NCBI GenBank assembly: GCA_030141605.1
Contig: JAQGDQ010001332.1
Location: 1-46,872, forward strand
Reading direction: 5' to 3'
From: Tubiluchus corallicola
Lineage: Eukaryota > Animalia > Priapulida
DNA length: 46,872 bases
The notes under the pieces were generated by a model. It searched no databases. It was not told the origin of the DNA and saw only the letters and a list, made by a program, of their open reading frames with translations. Below, piece after piece: positions 13,675 through 26,409 of this stretch; positions within the stretch are counted from its first letter, which is position 1; every line of letters begins with the position of its first letter. A program made the translations under genes and the position numbers.

Positions 13675-14257
13675 TTTGCTTCGCGGTTTGTTTATCGCGG
13701 ACTCGCTGTTTCGCGGATTTTCAAAAATATTAATGTAAAATATTTATCGCCGTATTTTCGCTGTTTCGCGGGGTTTTGCGGTACTCCGTCTAAAGTATTT
13801 TTGCACATGCGTAGCACGTATTGTACAGTAATGTATAGATTTGATGAATTTTGCATAAAAAATCACAAAATGTATCAAAATATATTAAAAATATTAATTC
13901 AAACATTAAAAGAATATTATAAATCATAAAAAATTACCATTTACAATAAATAGTGTATTTATTCGGCGGATGAATACATACCAAAAACGAAATGTAGTAC
14001 TTGAGATGCTGCAAGGTTTAAGAGTTTAAAACATTTTCATGAACATTTAAGTAAAGTTTTTTAGAGGGTACATGTACAGTATGGGAAAAGTTATTAAGGG
14101 AATGGGAAAGGGTTATGTATAAGAGTGTGAGGAGGGTTTATAAAGACTTAAAATAATGTATAACTACTAAAATAAGTATAGCGTCCCGACTTCGAGGAAA
14201 TTCACTTATCGCGGGTGGGCCTGGAACGGAACACCCGCGATAAGTGAGGGAACACTG
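13675..14257. mobile_element. Tigger/pogo-like (Tc1/mariner) non-autonomous element, left end eroded
   Basis: Right terminus cgcgataagtgagggaacactg followed by TA; repeated (t)tcgcgg motifs at the left; AT-rich interior. Confidence 0.55.
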
Positions 14258-14699
14258 TATTGTCTCCAGCAAAACAACCTTACTAAAACTTCCAATTCAC
14301 ACAGTAAAAAATCATATCAAACTTTTCTACAGATTACTGCTGCCATCATCAATGGTAAATTTAACACTGTAATATGAAAGTTCTAAGCATTCTATTCGAA
14401 AAGTTCAACCATTGAAATTTCTTTCTATGTTAACGCAGGCTACTTTACCTTAATGTAGACTATTGCATCAGTTAAAAAGGATTTTTGCAAATAGACAACA
14501 TTCGCATAAAAGCAATATAATTTAAAAATATCACACCAAATTAAATATCACAGTATAACCTTAACACACCACAAACGCATTTTAATGATTATTAATAATC
14601 ACAATTTCAATTTTGTTTAGCACTTATAAAACCAGTATACAAAATTTAAATATTACATCACTTGATTTGTTAAACCAAATTATTAAAATTAGCATATTA

Positions 14700-14900
14700 T
14701 CAAAATAGTTAAAAAATTAAGATGTTTATTGATTGAGTAATTAGTTAGTTCAATTGAATTATGTAATAAAAAATTAAGATGTTTATTGATTGAGTAATTA
14801 GTTAGTTCAATTGAATTGTGTAATAAAAAATTAAAATGTTTATCGTAAGGCAAATTATTAATATTAGCAATCAAATAGTTAAAAAATTAAGATGTTTATC
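14700..14900. repeat. Short ~57-bp tandem duplication
   Basis: aaaaaattaagatgtttattgattgagtaattagttagttcaattgaatt repeated. Confidence 0.8.
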
Positions 14901-15259
14901 GAAACAATCTAGTCTTCTAGGATTCACCGATCAAATATTCTCCTAACAATGAACCTTTTCATAGATGGCGCCACATTGCACAATACAAAAACCATGCCCG
15001 ATTGTATAAACAAAAACAGCCATTGATTGAAATTTTTCTAGCAGTGTTCGACATGCAGGCTAACAATCTCAGACTCTCTGCGCATGCGTGGCAATTATTT
15101 TTACGTAAGAGATATGCATAATGTCTCCTGATAATGATAATAATTGTATTTCAGAATAAAGAAACTTTTGCTCAACACATTAAATTGGTGTTTTGCATCC
15201 ATTTCAACTTAGTTGATGGACCACTGAAAAGATTATTTTTAGATATTTATGGTCAAGTC

Positions 15260-15687
15260 TCAATATCTTCTACCATACTGCTTCGACACCATTGTGCTAG
15301 TCTTCAATTTTGGTATTCCTCCGCTTCTGGGTGACCTTCGGGATGTTTCAGCATCCTCATCTTCTTCTATTGCAGACGCTAGGTACCTCCTCTGGGGTGG
15401 ACGCTGATCTCGCCTGCCCATGCGGACGCCTGCACCGGTTTGACTAGGAGCCACTGATGCTCGACTAGGAGCCACCGAAGCACGGCTAGGTGCCATCGAA
15501 GCCCTACTGGGTGCCATTGATGCCCGGCTAGGCGCGGAGTCGTAGTCGCCTATAGAAAACCCTTTGCTGAGAGTGAGTGTGTCGTTCAAATTGGGGTCGT
15601 CCTGTCCGGAACCGGACTTACTCTGAGCGGAAAGCTGCCTTGCCCATCCCAGACGGCTTGCTCCTGGAGTCATCCCACGTGCTGTTG
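15260..15687 (-). CDS. CEP104: CEP104-like, last exon (S/R-rich tail with APSRAS(M/V) repeats, stop TGA)
   Basis: ttgcag|CAACAG acceptor, phase 1 matches the previous exon and joins the frame of ORF 15260..15673. Confidence 0.75.
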
Positions 15688-16369
15688 CTGCAACGGCAGG
15701 AAAATTGAAATAAGATGTGCGTTGCTGGCAGATGTATACTTACAGTTAGAAGCAACACTATTTTATTAAAAACTTTTACATTAAAAAGTTAACTTACAAC
15801 CAGTTTATATATAGAAGCAGACTGTTGTGTACTAATTCAGTAGTTAACAGAAGCTAAATAGGTAATGAATAAAAAAATTCAAAAATGAACTGAAAAATAC
15901 TTCAAAAATAACTAATATGAAGACATCAAACAACACGTATTATCACCGTTGACCCAGTAGTCTGTAGTTAGTGGCAGGACCAAAACCTGTCATGCACTAA
16001 CATCACACCAACATATTGAAACTCAACACACAAAACACTGTAAATATACATACAGGGTCAGTAAATTAAAAGCTAAATAAATTTTACAGCTAATTATGTA
16101 ATAATTCGTTCCAGTTCACAAAAAGCAAGATTTGGCAAGGCTATGTGAGTTAGCAATAACAGTTACAGTTGGCGCCTCTTAATAGACTAACAGTTAATAA
16201 ACTCAATGTTTATGTAAATAGAGTGTATAGACTGTTGAGGATCCTAAATCATGTCGTTCAAACTGTCTGATCCAATCCTATAATAAATCATGTTTAAACT
16301 AAACTAACAGTGTATATAATATTACTCTGGTACCATCACAGTGACGTAGAAAAGTGACAAATTGTTACG

Positions 16370-16552
16370 GCATCTGTTTACAAAGCACAAGAGGAGACAA
16401 GCGCCTAGGGATGTCAGTGCATCCTTTCTCTTCCTCTGTACATGGCGAAGCACTCGATTACGGACTGATAAGGTGGTCAGAAAACCCGTTAGTGGGATTC
16501 GAACTCGGAACCTCTAGATTGGCAGCCAAGTATCGTAACCAATCACCCACCA
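16370..16552 (-). mobile_element. tRNA-derived SINE fragment
   Basis: Reverse complement has a B-box-like GGTTCCGAGTTCGAATCCC and a tRNA-like head; similar heads at ~9590 (+), ~28740 (-), ~32770 (-). Confidence 0.5.
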
Positions 16553-16567
16553 ACCACATCTACTTAC

Positions 16568-16723
16568 GTGTCAACAAAGCAGGTCCTTGGTTCTTTTTCT
16601 TGCGAGGATTATGCTTACAGCCTCCAATCCGAGCGAGATGACTTCTCCATGCCTCTTCGCTGTTTCCTCCCTCTATCTTCCGGTGACACAATGGACACTG
16701 TCCCTCGGTTTCTACGTCCACTT
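16568..16723 (-). CDS. CEP104: CEP104-like exon, last zinc finger (GQCPLCHRKIEGGNSEEAWRSHLARIGGCKHNPRK)
   Basis: ttacag| acceptor, C|gtaagt donor, phase 1-1; CPLCH..EEAW..HL...GC motif as in CEP104; absent from the ORF track. Confidence 0.9.
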
Positions 16724-16939
16724 CTGTAAGATAAAACGGAAGAACTTATCATCACACTCCACACTAGCTTATTTAACAATGAAACACATGAAGCAATGAA
16801 GCATTGTTTTCCTGTTTCTGTGAGATCTTCATCACCACATTAGTGAATCGTGTCACACCACTCTGCTTTATTTACGTCACAGTTCACGTCATGAACGTTG
16901 TTTACATTCATTATAACATTACAATTACATGACACCACC

Positions 16940-17200
16940 ATGACATTTTTCGTGACATCACGCGTTTAAACTGTAACACTTAAGCAAACGTGCTTGATGC
17001 GCAAGGGAAGATGCCTACCATTGCACAAACTGTGGTTAGTTTCTGACGTAAGCAATATCTGTGTTCGGTTGCCATTAATTAATTTTCTAAACTAAATTTT
17101 CGAGAACTTTTGTAGGCAAGAAAATGTATATATTTTGGACGGTAAGTTAACTTGAGATTGAGTCTAAACAATCGTCCGGTCTTCCTTTAATACGCCCCTG
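16940..17200 (-). mobile_element. Dispersed repeat family copy (related copies at ~22970-23470 and ~29057-29135 on +)
   Basis: Shared cttacgtca(c/g)aaactaac.acagtttg.gcaat.g.aggc.tcttc.cttgc.c.tcaa.cac.tttgc; class unknown. Confidence 0.7.
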
Positions 17201-17218
17201 ATTGTGCAATGCGGCGCC

Positions 17219-17968
17219 GTGTGACGTGATTTGACGTGATGTGACTCGACGTGGCATGATGTGAAGTGGAGTGGCGTGGCGTGCTGTGGCGTGGCGTGAT
17301 GTGATGTTACTTGACGTGATGTAACTCGACGTGGCGTGATGTGAAGTGGAGTGGCGTGCTGTGGCGTGGTGTGGTGTGATGTGACTTGACGTGATGTAAG
17401 TCGACGTGGCGTGATGTGAAGTGGAGTGGCGTGGCATGGCTTGGTGTGACCTGGCGTGACTTGGCGTGATGTGACTCGACGTGGCGTGATGTGAAGTGGA
17501 GTGGCGTGGCGTGCTGTGGCGTGGCGTGGTGTGATGTTACTTGACGTGATGTAACTCGACGTGGCGTGATGTGAAGTGGAGTGGCGTGCTGTGGCGTAGT
17601 GTGGTGTGATGTGACTTGATGATGTAAGTCGACGTGGCGTGATGTGAAGTGGAGTGGCGTGGCATGGCTTGGTGTGACCTGGCGTGACTTGGCGTGATGT
17701 GACTCGATGTGGCGTGATGTGAAGTGGAGTGGCGTGGCGTGCTGTGGCGTGGCGTGGTGTGATGTTACTTGACGTGATGTAACTCGCGTGGCGTGATGTG
17801 GAGTGGAGTGGCGTGCTGTGGCGTGGTGTGGTGTGATGTGACTTGACGTGGCTTGATGTGATGTGAGGTGGCGTGGCGTGATGTGGCGTGACGTGGCGTG
17901 CTGTGGCGTGGCGTGACTTGGCGTGATGTGAAGTGATGTGGCGTGCCGTGGCGTGACCTGGCGTGATG
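17219..17968. repeat. Pentamer-based (GTGGC/GTGAT/GTGAC) satellite with higher-order structure
   Basis: Directly visible. Confidence 0.92.
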
Positions 17969-17988
17969 TGTGTGCCCCTTGATCTTAC

Positions 17989-18127
17989 CTGGACAACTCA
18001 TTCTGTCCATGTGTGCTTCGTAGTCTTCTCGCAGTATTGCTTCTGTGCATCTAGAACATTCCTTGTACTGACCTTTGCTTTCACATTCGAATAACAAATG
18101 ACTGGACAGTTCGGCCACTTCAACCAT
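17989..18127 (-). CDS. CEP104: CEP104-like exon, zinc fingers (MVEVAELSSHLLFECESKGQYKECSRCTEAILREDYEAHMDRMSCP)
   Basis: tttcag|ATG acceptor, CCAG|gtaaga donor, phase 0-1; HLLxEC and CxRCxEA..H....C motifs. Confidence 0.92.
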
Positions 18128-18144
18128 CTGAAACAGACGATTCC

Positions 18145-18660
18145 ATTTATTTATTTATTTATTTTTATTTATTTATTTATAATACATCTATGAACTGAAG
18201 TCAAGAGACTTATACGTCCATTAAAAACACCGTAAAACATCTCGGCAATGTACAGAAAGTAAAATTACTGCTAAAAGTAGAAAGTACATAGTACATAGTT
18301 AGTACAATATAAACACATATGTGCAAATAAATTAAAAATGCAGGTGAAAAAGATGAAAACTTGATTATTAAGATAAAATTTGTATAATTATGATAAAAAA
18401 ACTACATATTACATTATTTATCAAATCACATATTTTCTAGTAAATATTTTTTTTAAAGTTTCTTAAATTTATTGATATTACTGGCTTGTTTTATTTTACT
18501 GGATAAATTATTCCACATTACAGCGCCATTATACATGACTGAATGTTTCATAACGTTTGTTCTGCACTCAGGAATATAGAATTTGTGGTACTGTCGAGTT
18601 TGATATGAATACATACTTTGAAAGTCATTTTGAAGTTGTTGTTCAGTCACTTTGTTATGA
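18145..18660 (-). mobile_element. 5'-truncated CR1/L2-clade LINE 3' end
   Basis: Translation YQTRQ..FYIPECRTN....SVMYNGAVMWNNLSSKIKQASNINKFKK matches the CR1/L2 ORF2 C-terminus pattern; followed by a (TAAA)n tail. Confidence 0.7.
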
Positions 18661-19557
18661 TTGAGTTTAGACACAGAGAAGTATGAATAGGAACCAAAAT
18701 ATATGATAGATATTTGCACTGCACACAACAGAAAAGTGTTTATTTAGTCTTTACAGAGAAAACACGAGTAGCAAAATTGCTGCACTGAACATTGAGCAAA
18801 AACTAGAAAGCAAAAACAGTCAGTAAAACCTGTTTCACAGTCAGTATACAGGTATTGAACTTGACTTATGCAGAGTTGCACAGGCTTCACAACAACCATT
18901 GATTTTAGATAGGGAGAGGACCAGTGTGTATGTAGTCACTGGACCATACAATTATACTGAAGGTAAGTCAGCTGGTAGAATGTAACAAGATTGGCACATA
19001 GATGGCAGCACCTAACTACAATGTACAATTCCAACTTCCACACATACTGCTATTATAACTAAAAAAAATGGTGCTGTAATCGAGAGAGAGAGGAAACGGA
19101 AAAGACAATTTCTTTGGAATTTCTGGCTCGTCGTTTTAACATGCAATTCGTCTATAATAATGCAATTTTGCTACTAAAGTGGAAGGAGAATTTTGAAGGA
19201 TTCCCAGGGAATTTTCCTGGCAAAGTTATACCAGTTACAGTTACCCGTACCTAACTTTGTGCAATTAAAAAACGAAATTTTTAATAAATTTAAAATATTC
19301 ACACCACCTGGTAAGACGGCACAGCATCACCTTCCCAGTGTGCACCACTGTTTCACCAAAAAACACTTCATTGATATTAAGGTACGACTCTACGCGAACG
19401 TATTGCGTGATGCGTACATGATCGCTGTCGTCCGAATACGCATCACGCAGCAATACGCAGGAAATCATCTTAAATCAAGCTCGACTTTTCTGTGTGCATT
19501 ACATAACATATTTGTGAGAAAGAAGAAAACTAAAGCTAACAAGAGCAAAGAAGAAAC

Positions 19558-19666
19558 CTGTTTGCAGTGAGAACAACGCTTCAACAGCGGGCATTGTTTC
19601 CAGTAATGAAGGTCTAACGTTTCTTCACTGAACTTTGGATTAAATTCTCCACAAAAAACACACGTC
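19558..19666 (-). CDS. CEP104: CEP104-like exon, first zinc finger (TCVFCGEFNPKFSEETLDLHYWKQCPLLKRCSHCKQ)
   Basis: tctag|G acceptor, CAG|gtttct donor, phase 2-0; CxFCGE...LDLHYWKxCP is the CEP104 signature. Confidence 0.93.
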
Positions 19667-19694
19667 CTAGACGAACAACAAAATTGTTTACTCT

Positions 19695-20375
19695 GCCGAA
19701 CTGATGCGGCAGCCGGCTTTGCTTTACACACATGTCACAGTTGTAGTTTAGAAACGTTGCTGTGGTACACTTAATCATTGATCTGCAGTAACTGCGCATG
19801 CGTACAAAAACAGTAAAAAAGGCTGATTGCCGTTGAACAACTTATAATAGTTTCTAGTGCAGACGTTAGAAGTCGAGACGTTCATTTACGTTACTTACTC
19901 AGTACTTACGTACTTCACAGTATATTAACCTCATGACAAGATATTGTCTGAGAAATTTCTTCTGATAAGCCTTTTCCCAAGCTCCAGCGATTGATGATGA
20001 TCGTGAAAAGGTCAAAGGTTATGTGTACCAGATAGCGCATTTGTGTGCACTTGACAACACCCAACAGCCCATGCTATTATAATAGTAACAGTTTTAACAG
20101 CTAACTATAACCCTACCTAGTTCATTTTTCCTTGTTTCCAGGCAAGAGCCTGCTAGTAAGTCACTCTACACATAGACTAATGCGTAATTAAATAAAGTCC
20201 GCGTAAAACAACTGAAGTTGCCGAACTGATGCGGCATCCGGCTTTGCTTTACATACATGACACAGTTGTAGTTCAGAAATGCTGCTGTGCTACACTTCAT
20301 CATTGATCTGCAGTAATTGCGCATGCGCACAACGAAACAGTAAAAAGGCTTATTGCCGTTGAACAACTTATAATA
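19695..20375. repeat. Direct duplication of ~155 bp (19695-19850 and 20220-20375)
   Basis: gccgaactgatgcggca.ccggctttgctttaca...ttgccgttgaacaacttataata occurs twice. Confidence 0.85.
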
Positions 20376-20642
20376 CAACTTATAAGCATGCATACAACAG
20401 TCAAGCACAACGTGTTGCTTGAGCTGTGAGCGCACTGTGCTGGTATGTGAAGCAAACAGTGCTGCCCTCAGGTGCTCCGATTCCGTACAAGTATAAAGAA
20501 GGATCTAAAGGAAAAAGTCTTGTTACATTGAGTATTATCGATAATGCGGAGTGAAAATAGGGGGCGCTGCAGGTCCAACAGTACCTATAGACGAGGCGCC
20601 ACCTAGGACGTAAGGACAGAAGGACATACTTGAGCGACTTAC

Positions 20643-20806
20643 TTGTCAAGAGCTTGTATTTGGTTTGTCCTCCGCACGGCGGAGTTCGCGAGGCGTGTAG
20701 GTGGAGCCACTGTCAGTTCATCGTGTTGTTTTCTCAGTGAGTGCAGCTCGGTCTGTAGAGCCTTTATTTCTGCATCTTTCTTTTTGTTCGCTTCTTCTTT
20801 CTTTTT
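20643..20806 (-). CDS. CEP104: CEP104-like exon, coiled coil (KKKEEANKKKDAEIKALQTELHSLRKQ...QALDK)
   Basis: gacag| acceptor, AA|gtaagt donor, phase 0-2, open frame. Confidence 0.87.
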
Positions 20807-20871
20807 CTGTCAATCACAGTTGTAATCATAAGTCTAATTATATTACAGAAGACTTTAAGTTTCCGTAAAGA

Positions 20872-21122
20872 GTTGCTGCTGCTGTTGTCGCTGTGATTAT
20901 TGTTGTTGCTGCTGTTGTTCTTGTTGCTGCTGCTGCTGTTGTTGCTGTTATTGGTGCTGCTGCTGCTGCTGCTCTTTCTATTGCTGATGTTCTTGCTGCT
21001 GCTGCTGTTGCTGCTGTTGTTGTTGTTGTTGTTGCTGCAGCTGCTGCTGCTGCCACCGCCTTTGTCGTCGTCGTCGTAGTCGTCGTCATCGTTATTGTCA
21101 CTTTGATTATTGTTGTTGCTGT
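20872..21122. repeat. (GCT/GTT)n trinucleotide low-complexity tract
   Basis: Directly visible. Confidence 0.9.
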
Positions 21123-21126
21123 TACT

Positions 21127-22640
21127 TGAGCGCTACAAATGCTTGTTCAGTGAGCATTTAAGCTGCTTAGTCAGCGAACACTGCAATTGCTTAGTCAGGG
21201 AACACTGCAATTGCTTGTTCAGTAAGCACTACACTTGCTTAGTTAGGGAGCATTGCAATTGCTTACTCAGTGAACACTACAAATACTCAGTCAGCGAACA
21301 CTGCAATTGCTTAGTCAGTGAATACTACAATTGCTTAGTCAGGGAGCACTACACTTGCTTACTCAGTGAACACTACAATTGCTTAGTCAGGGAGCACTAC
21401 AACTGCTTGTTCAGTAGGCACCACACTTGCTTGTTCAGGGAGCACTGCAATTGCTTACTCAGAGAACACTACAATTACTTAGTCAGTGAGCACTACAATT
21501 GCTTGTTCAGTAGGCACCACACTTGCTTGTTCAGGGAGCACTGCAATTGCTTACTCAGAGAACACTACAATTACTTAGTCAGGGAGCACTACAACTGCTT
21601 GTTCAGTAGGCACCACACTTGCTTGTTCAGGGAGCACTGCAATTGCTTACTCAGAGAACACTACAATTACTTAGTCAGGGAGCACTACAATTGCTTGTTC
21701 AGTAAGCACTACACTTGCTTAATTAGTATGTACTACATTTGTTTATTTATTGAGCATCACACTTAATTAGTCAGGGAGTACTGCAATTGCTTAGTCAGGG
21801 AGAACTACAATTACTTAGTCAGGGAGTACTACAATTACTTAGTCATGGAGTACTACAATTACTTAGTCAGGGAGTACTACAATTACTTAGTCATGGAGTA
21901 CTACAATTACTTAGTCAGGGAGTACTGCAATTACTTAGTCATGGAGTGCTACAATTACTTAGTCATGGAGTACTACAATTGCTTAGTCAGGGAGCACTAC
22001 AATTGCTTACTCAGAGAACACTACAATTACTTAGTCAGTGAGCACTACAACTGCTTGTTCAGTAGGCACCACACTTGCTAGCCAGGGAGTACTGCAATTG
22101 CTTACTCAGTGAACACTACAGTTACTTAGTCAGGGAGCACTACAATTGCTTGTTCAGTAGGCACCACACTTGCTAGTCAGGGAGCACTACACTTGCTTAC
22201 GCAGTGAACACTACAATTGCTTAGTCAGGGAGCACTACAATTGCTTACTCAGAGAAAACTACAATTACTTAGTCAGTGAGCACTACAACTGCTTGTTCAG
22301 TAGGCACCACACTTGCTAGCCAGGGAGTACTGCAATTGCTTACTCAGTGAACACTACAATTACTTAGTCAGGGAACACTGCAATTGATTGTTCAGTAGGC
22401 ACCACACTTGCTAGTCAGGGAGCACTACACTTGCTTACGCAGTGAACACTACAATTGCTTAGTCAGTGAACACTACAATTGCTTACTCAGAGAACACTAC
22501 AATTACTTAGTCAGTGAGCACTACAACTGCTTGTTCGGTAAGCACTACAATTACTTAGTCAGGGAGCACTGCAATTGCTTGGTCAGTAAGCACTACACTT
22601 GTTTATTTAGCGAGCACCACAAACGCTTATTCAGTGAATA
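21127..22640. repeat. 24-bp minisatellite (gcttagtcagggagcactacaatt) with 96-bp higher-order units
   Basis: 8-aa periodicity in the ORF track; recurring four-unit blocks. Confidence 0.93.
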
Positions 22641-22696
22641 CTCGGCCACACTTGGTTATTCATTGAGTACTAATGCTTGTTCAAAACTCTAGTTAC

Positions 22697-22825
22697 CTTT
22701 TCATCAACCACAGACGGTTTCCCATCCACTTCGTCAAAAGCTTGAAATATTTTTCTGTATTTACGATTTTTCCGCGTCTCAGGCTCGTCTGGGGGAAGGT
22801 AGCGACGGATGATGTTACCCTTTTC
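22697..22825 (-). CDS. CEP104: CEP104-like exon, end of TOG domain (EKGNIIRRYLPPDEPETRKNRKYRKIFQAFDEVDGKPSVVDEK)
   Basis: ttttag| acceptor, AAG|gtaact donor, phase 0-0; YLPPD...TRKN..Y..IF..F...DG motif. Confidence 0.92.
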
Positions 22826-23875
22826 CTAAAATGTGGTGAAAGGTCAAAGTAGACTGAAAAGGTCATCTTCGGGACTGAAGGTTGACCGGTTGGTGGTTCA
22901 GAAATAGGATACGGAGACCTAGAGGAAGACTGGACGATTGTTTGGACTCAATCTCATTTTATTTTATTGTCCAAAATATACATTTTCTTGCCTATAAAAG
23001 TTAACAGTTGTTTCGTCATATTTGAATAATTAACTTAGAAAGTTAATTAACGGCAACCGAACACAGCTATTACTTACGTCACAAACTAACGACAGTTTGC
23101 GCAATAGCAGGCGTCTTCACTTGCGCGTCAAACACGTTTGCATAGGTGTTACTGCTTAAACGCGTGATATCACGAAAATGGGCTCTACGCCATATGACGT
23201 CAGAAACTAACACTGCAGTTCACGATCATGCTGACCGTGGTACCGCTTCTTTTTTGTCGGCCACGCGCACGTGACAAAAAGGCGCCGCTGCCAATCTTAG
23301 TAGATTCACTGAGCCGCGCGTAGCTTTGAAAGTTTAACAAAATTTGAGTGTCCAAGATAATTATTATTTAATCTAAGCTTTGATTTAAAAAAGCTATTGT
23401 AGTTTTTAATATTTTAAAGCATTCTTTAGTCTAAACTCTTGTTTACACAATCGTCCGGTTTTCCTTTAATTAACAGAACTAATCGTAATTAAAAATTTAT
23501 AATTATGATATGCGTCAGGTAGGACCAGAAACGAAGTGAAATTCTGTTAGCAGTTTTTATTAATCTTATAAAAGATGATTTTATCCTGTACACAGCATCG
23601 GGAAATCAAGATTAAGCAAATTAACTGCGCGTATCGAGATTCTGTAGAATTTTTATTGGATGATACCATGTATGTAAGGTGCATCTAAATGTATAAATTC
23701 TGATTAAAAATTTGAACTTAATTAGTTGAGGTTCTGAAGAAGCGAAATTGCTAAAGAATTTGCTAGCGAAACACGCGTGATTAAGTAAAATTGTTTTATC
23801 AATTAACTTACGCTTTGCATTTTGTAATCAAGTCAAATTAAATTAAAGAAAAATTTATGCTTGCAAACAAAGGTT

Positions 23876-23910
23876 TAATAATAGTAATAATAATAATAAT
23901 AATGATGATG

Positions 23911-23945
<35 letters not shown>

Positions 23946-24024
23946 GATAATGATAATGATAATGATAATGATAATGATAATGATAATGATAATGATAATG
24001 ATAATGATAATGATAATGATAATG

Positions 24025-24083
<59 letters not shown>

Positions 24084-24120
24084 GATAATGATAATGATAA
24101 TGATAATGATAATGATAATG

Positions 24121-24155
<35 letters not shown>

Positions 24156-24180
24156 GATAATGATAATAATAATAATAATC
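23876..24180. repeat. (ATAATG)n microsatellite
   Basis: Directly visible. Confidence 0.97.
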
Positions 24181-24235
24181 TAATAAACTTACTGATAATT
24201 TTAATAAAGTTCATATGTCTACTATATTTGTTCAC

Positions 24236-24341
24236 CTTGTAGAGAAATATGGTTATTCTTTCAGCTACTTCTCTCACTTCGACACTCGTGTGCAGCAAGG
24301 CTTCCTGTATGAATGACATCACTGCGCTGAGTTTGAATCCG
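24236..24341 (-). CDS. CEP104: CEP104-like exon, TOG HEAT repeat (SGFKLSAVMSFIQEALLHTSVEVREVAERITIFLYK)
   Basis: ttacag| acceptor, AAG|gtgaac donor, phase 2-0. Confidence 0.9.
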
Positions 24342-24419
24342 CTGTAATAAGTAATGAACATCTTTTCGGTCTCTTTTTGTTTTTTGAGTTTTCTACTCCT
24401 CCTCATCTTTCCATTTATT

Positions 24420-24680
24420 TTCTCTCATTTATTCTCTCTCTCTCTCTCTCTTTGTCCTCTTCTCACCCTCCCTCTCTCTATCTATTCTCTCTCTCTCGCT
24501 CTTTCTTTCTCTCTCTCTCTTTCTCTCTCTCTCCCTTTCTCTCTCTCTCTCTTTTCTCTTTGGCTGTCTGGTCTATCTCTCTCTCTTTCTCCTCTTCTCA
24601 CCCCTCTCTCTCTATCGATTCATTCTCTCTCTCGCTCTTTCTTTCTCTTTCTCCCCCCCCCTCTCTCTCTCTCTCTTTTA

Positions 24681-24734
<54 letters not shown>

Positions 24735-24778
24735 ATCTCTCTTTCCCTCTCCCCTTCTCTTTCTCTTCGGCTCTCTGA

Positions 24779-24810
<32 letters not shown>

Positions 24811-24818
24811 TCCCTTCA

Positions 24819-24850
<32 letters not shown>
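24420..24850. repeat. (CT)n polypyrimidine tract
   Basis: Directly visible. Confidence 0.95.
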
Positions 24851-24852
<2 letters not shown>

Positions 24853-24928
24853 CACCCCTGCCTTTCTCCTTTTCTTCTATAACTTGTCTTTAATAACCAT
24901 TCTGTGACACACAGCTAGTATTGCCTAC

Positions 24929-25116
24929 CTTTCAGGATTAACAGGTAATGTCTGAAGAAGTTTCTCAACCAGCATACATCTACTGAGAGCCAGCTTAGTC
25001 GCCACACTCGACTGCAAAGGCTTCAAACAATGTTGAGGTACCAACGTTAGTGGCTTCAATGTCTCAAATGTCGCCATTTGGATGACAAAATCAAAGGCCA
25101 GTTTCTGCGTCTGATG
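24929..25116 (-). CDS. CEP104: CEP104-like exon, TOG (HQTQKLAFDFVIQMATFETLKPLTLVPQHCLKPLQSSVATKLALSRCMLVEKLLQTLPVNPES)
   Basis: tttttag| acceptor, AAG|gtaggc donor, phase 0-2, open frame. Confidence 0.88.
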
Positions 25117-25203
25117 CTAAAAACAATTATTAAAGTAAGATGGGATCATTTTTCATATGCTACCCCATTTACAAATCCGATAAAAAGTGTACAGATTAAG
25201 ATA

Positions 25204-25590
25204 ATTAATACTGCAAAAGCGTTTCTGATAATTAAATAATAGATAAAATCTTAATTGATGACGGGCGGGCCCAACTATTTTTGACATCACAAACTAACAT
25301 AATTTTCAAAGGGCAAAAATATTCCACCAGCGTGTTGCACGTGTTTGCGAAAGCGAGTGCTACTCTGAAATATTCAGTGTGTTGTACTAAAACTAGGCAT
25401 GTTTTAAGATGAAAATTCAAATTTCAAATTTACCGCTGTGCTCACGCATGAGCTGTCGAACGTGTGCAGTTCGTCACAAACGAACACATCTGAACTGAGA
25501 GGCACTTCACCTTTTTTGTGCAATGCGAAAAAATAGTATGATTCCTTTCAATATTTTAAAGAGTAGATTGTTTTGTACTACAGTTTAAGA
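25204..25590. mobile_element. Dispersed repeat; second direct copy at ~28099-28630 carries an extra ~150-bp segment
   Basis: ctgcaaaagcgtttctgat...agcgtgttgcacgtgtttgc...gtcgaacgtgtgcagttcgtcacaaac...gtgcaatgcg shared. Confidence 0.75.
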
Positions 25591-25618
25591 TTGGTTGCGT
25601 CAGACGTGAGTAGATGAT

Positions 25619-26070
<452 letters not shown>

Positions 26071-26271
26071 GGATGTAATAAGTATCAGCCAGCCAAAAAA
26101 CTTGGCGAAATTCTGGAATTTCGAAACGATTTCACTAAAGTTATCCAAGTCCTGTAAACGACTTCACAAAATTTATCCCAGTTCTGTAAGGGGGGGGGAC
26201 TAAACTCGTAGATCAAATAAAGCAAATTGGCCTCGGTCAAAGATCGTTTGTTTGTCTGTTCGTTTACTTAC

Positions 26272-26350
26272 GTTTGCCTTATCCCCAGTTTTTACAATGA
26301 GAAGCGGAAGTGTCTTGTCTACAGCCAGCATCAAATCCCCTTTTGTTGTC
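26272..26350 (-). CDS. CEP104: CEP104-like exon, TOG (TTKGDLMLAVDKTLPLLIVKTGDKAN)
   Basis: cgtag| acceptor, AAC|gtaagt donor, phase 2-0; P.L...TGD HEAT motif. Confidence 0.88.
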
Positions 26351-26409
26351 CTACGTAGAACACGAATTTTTACAAATGTTAAAGGAAAACATCACGATTT
26401 TTCACATAC

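Noticed and set aside
16480-16552. Possible tRNA gene
   Set aside because: Only a degenerate B-box/T-arm; no full cloverleaf, so treated as a SINE head
21110-22692. Cys/His-rich metal-binding-like repeat ORFs
   Set aside because: 24-bp minisatellite inside a CEP104 intron, with frameshifts
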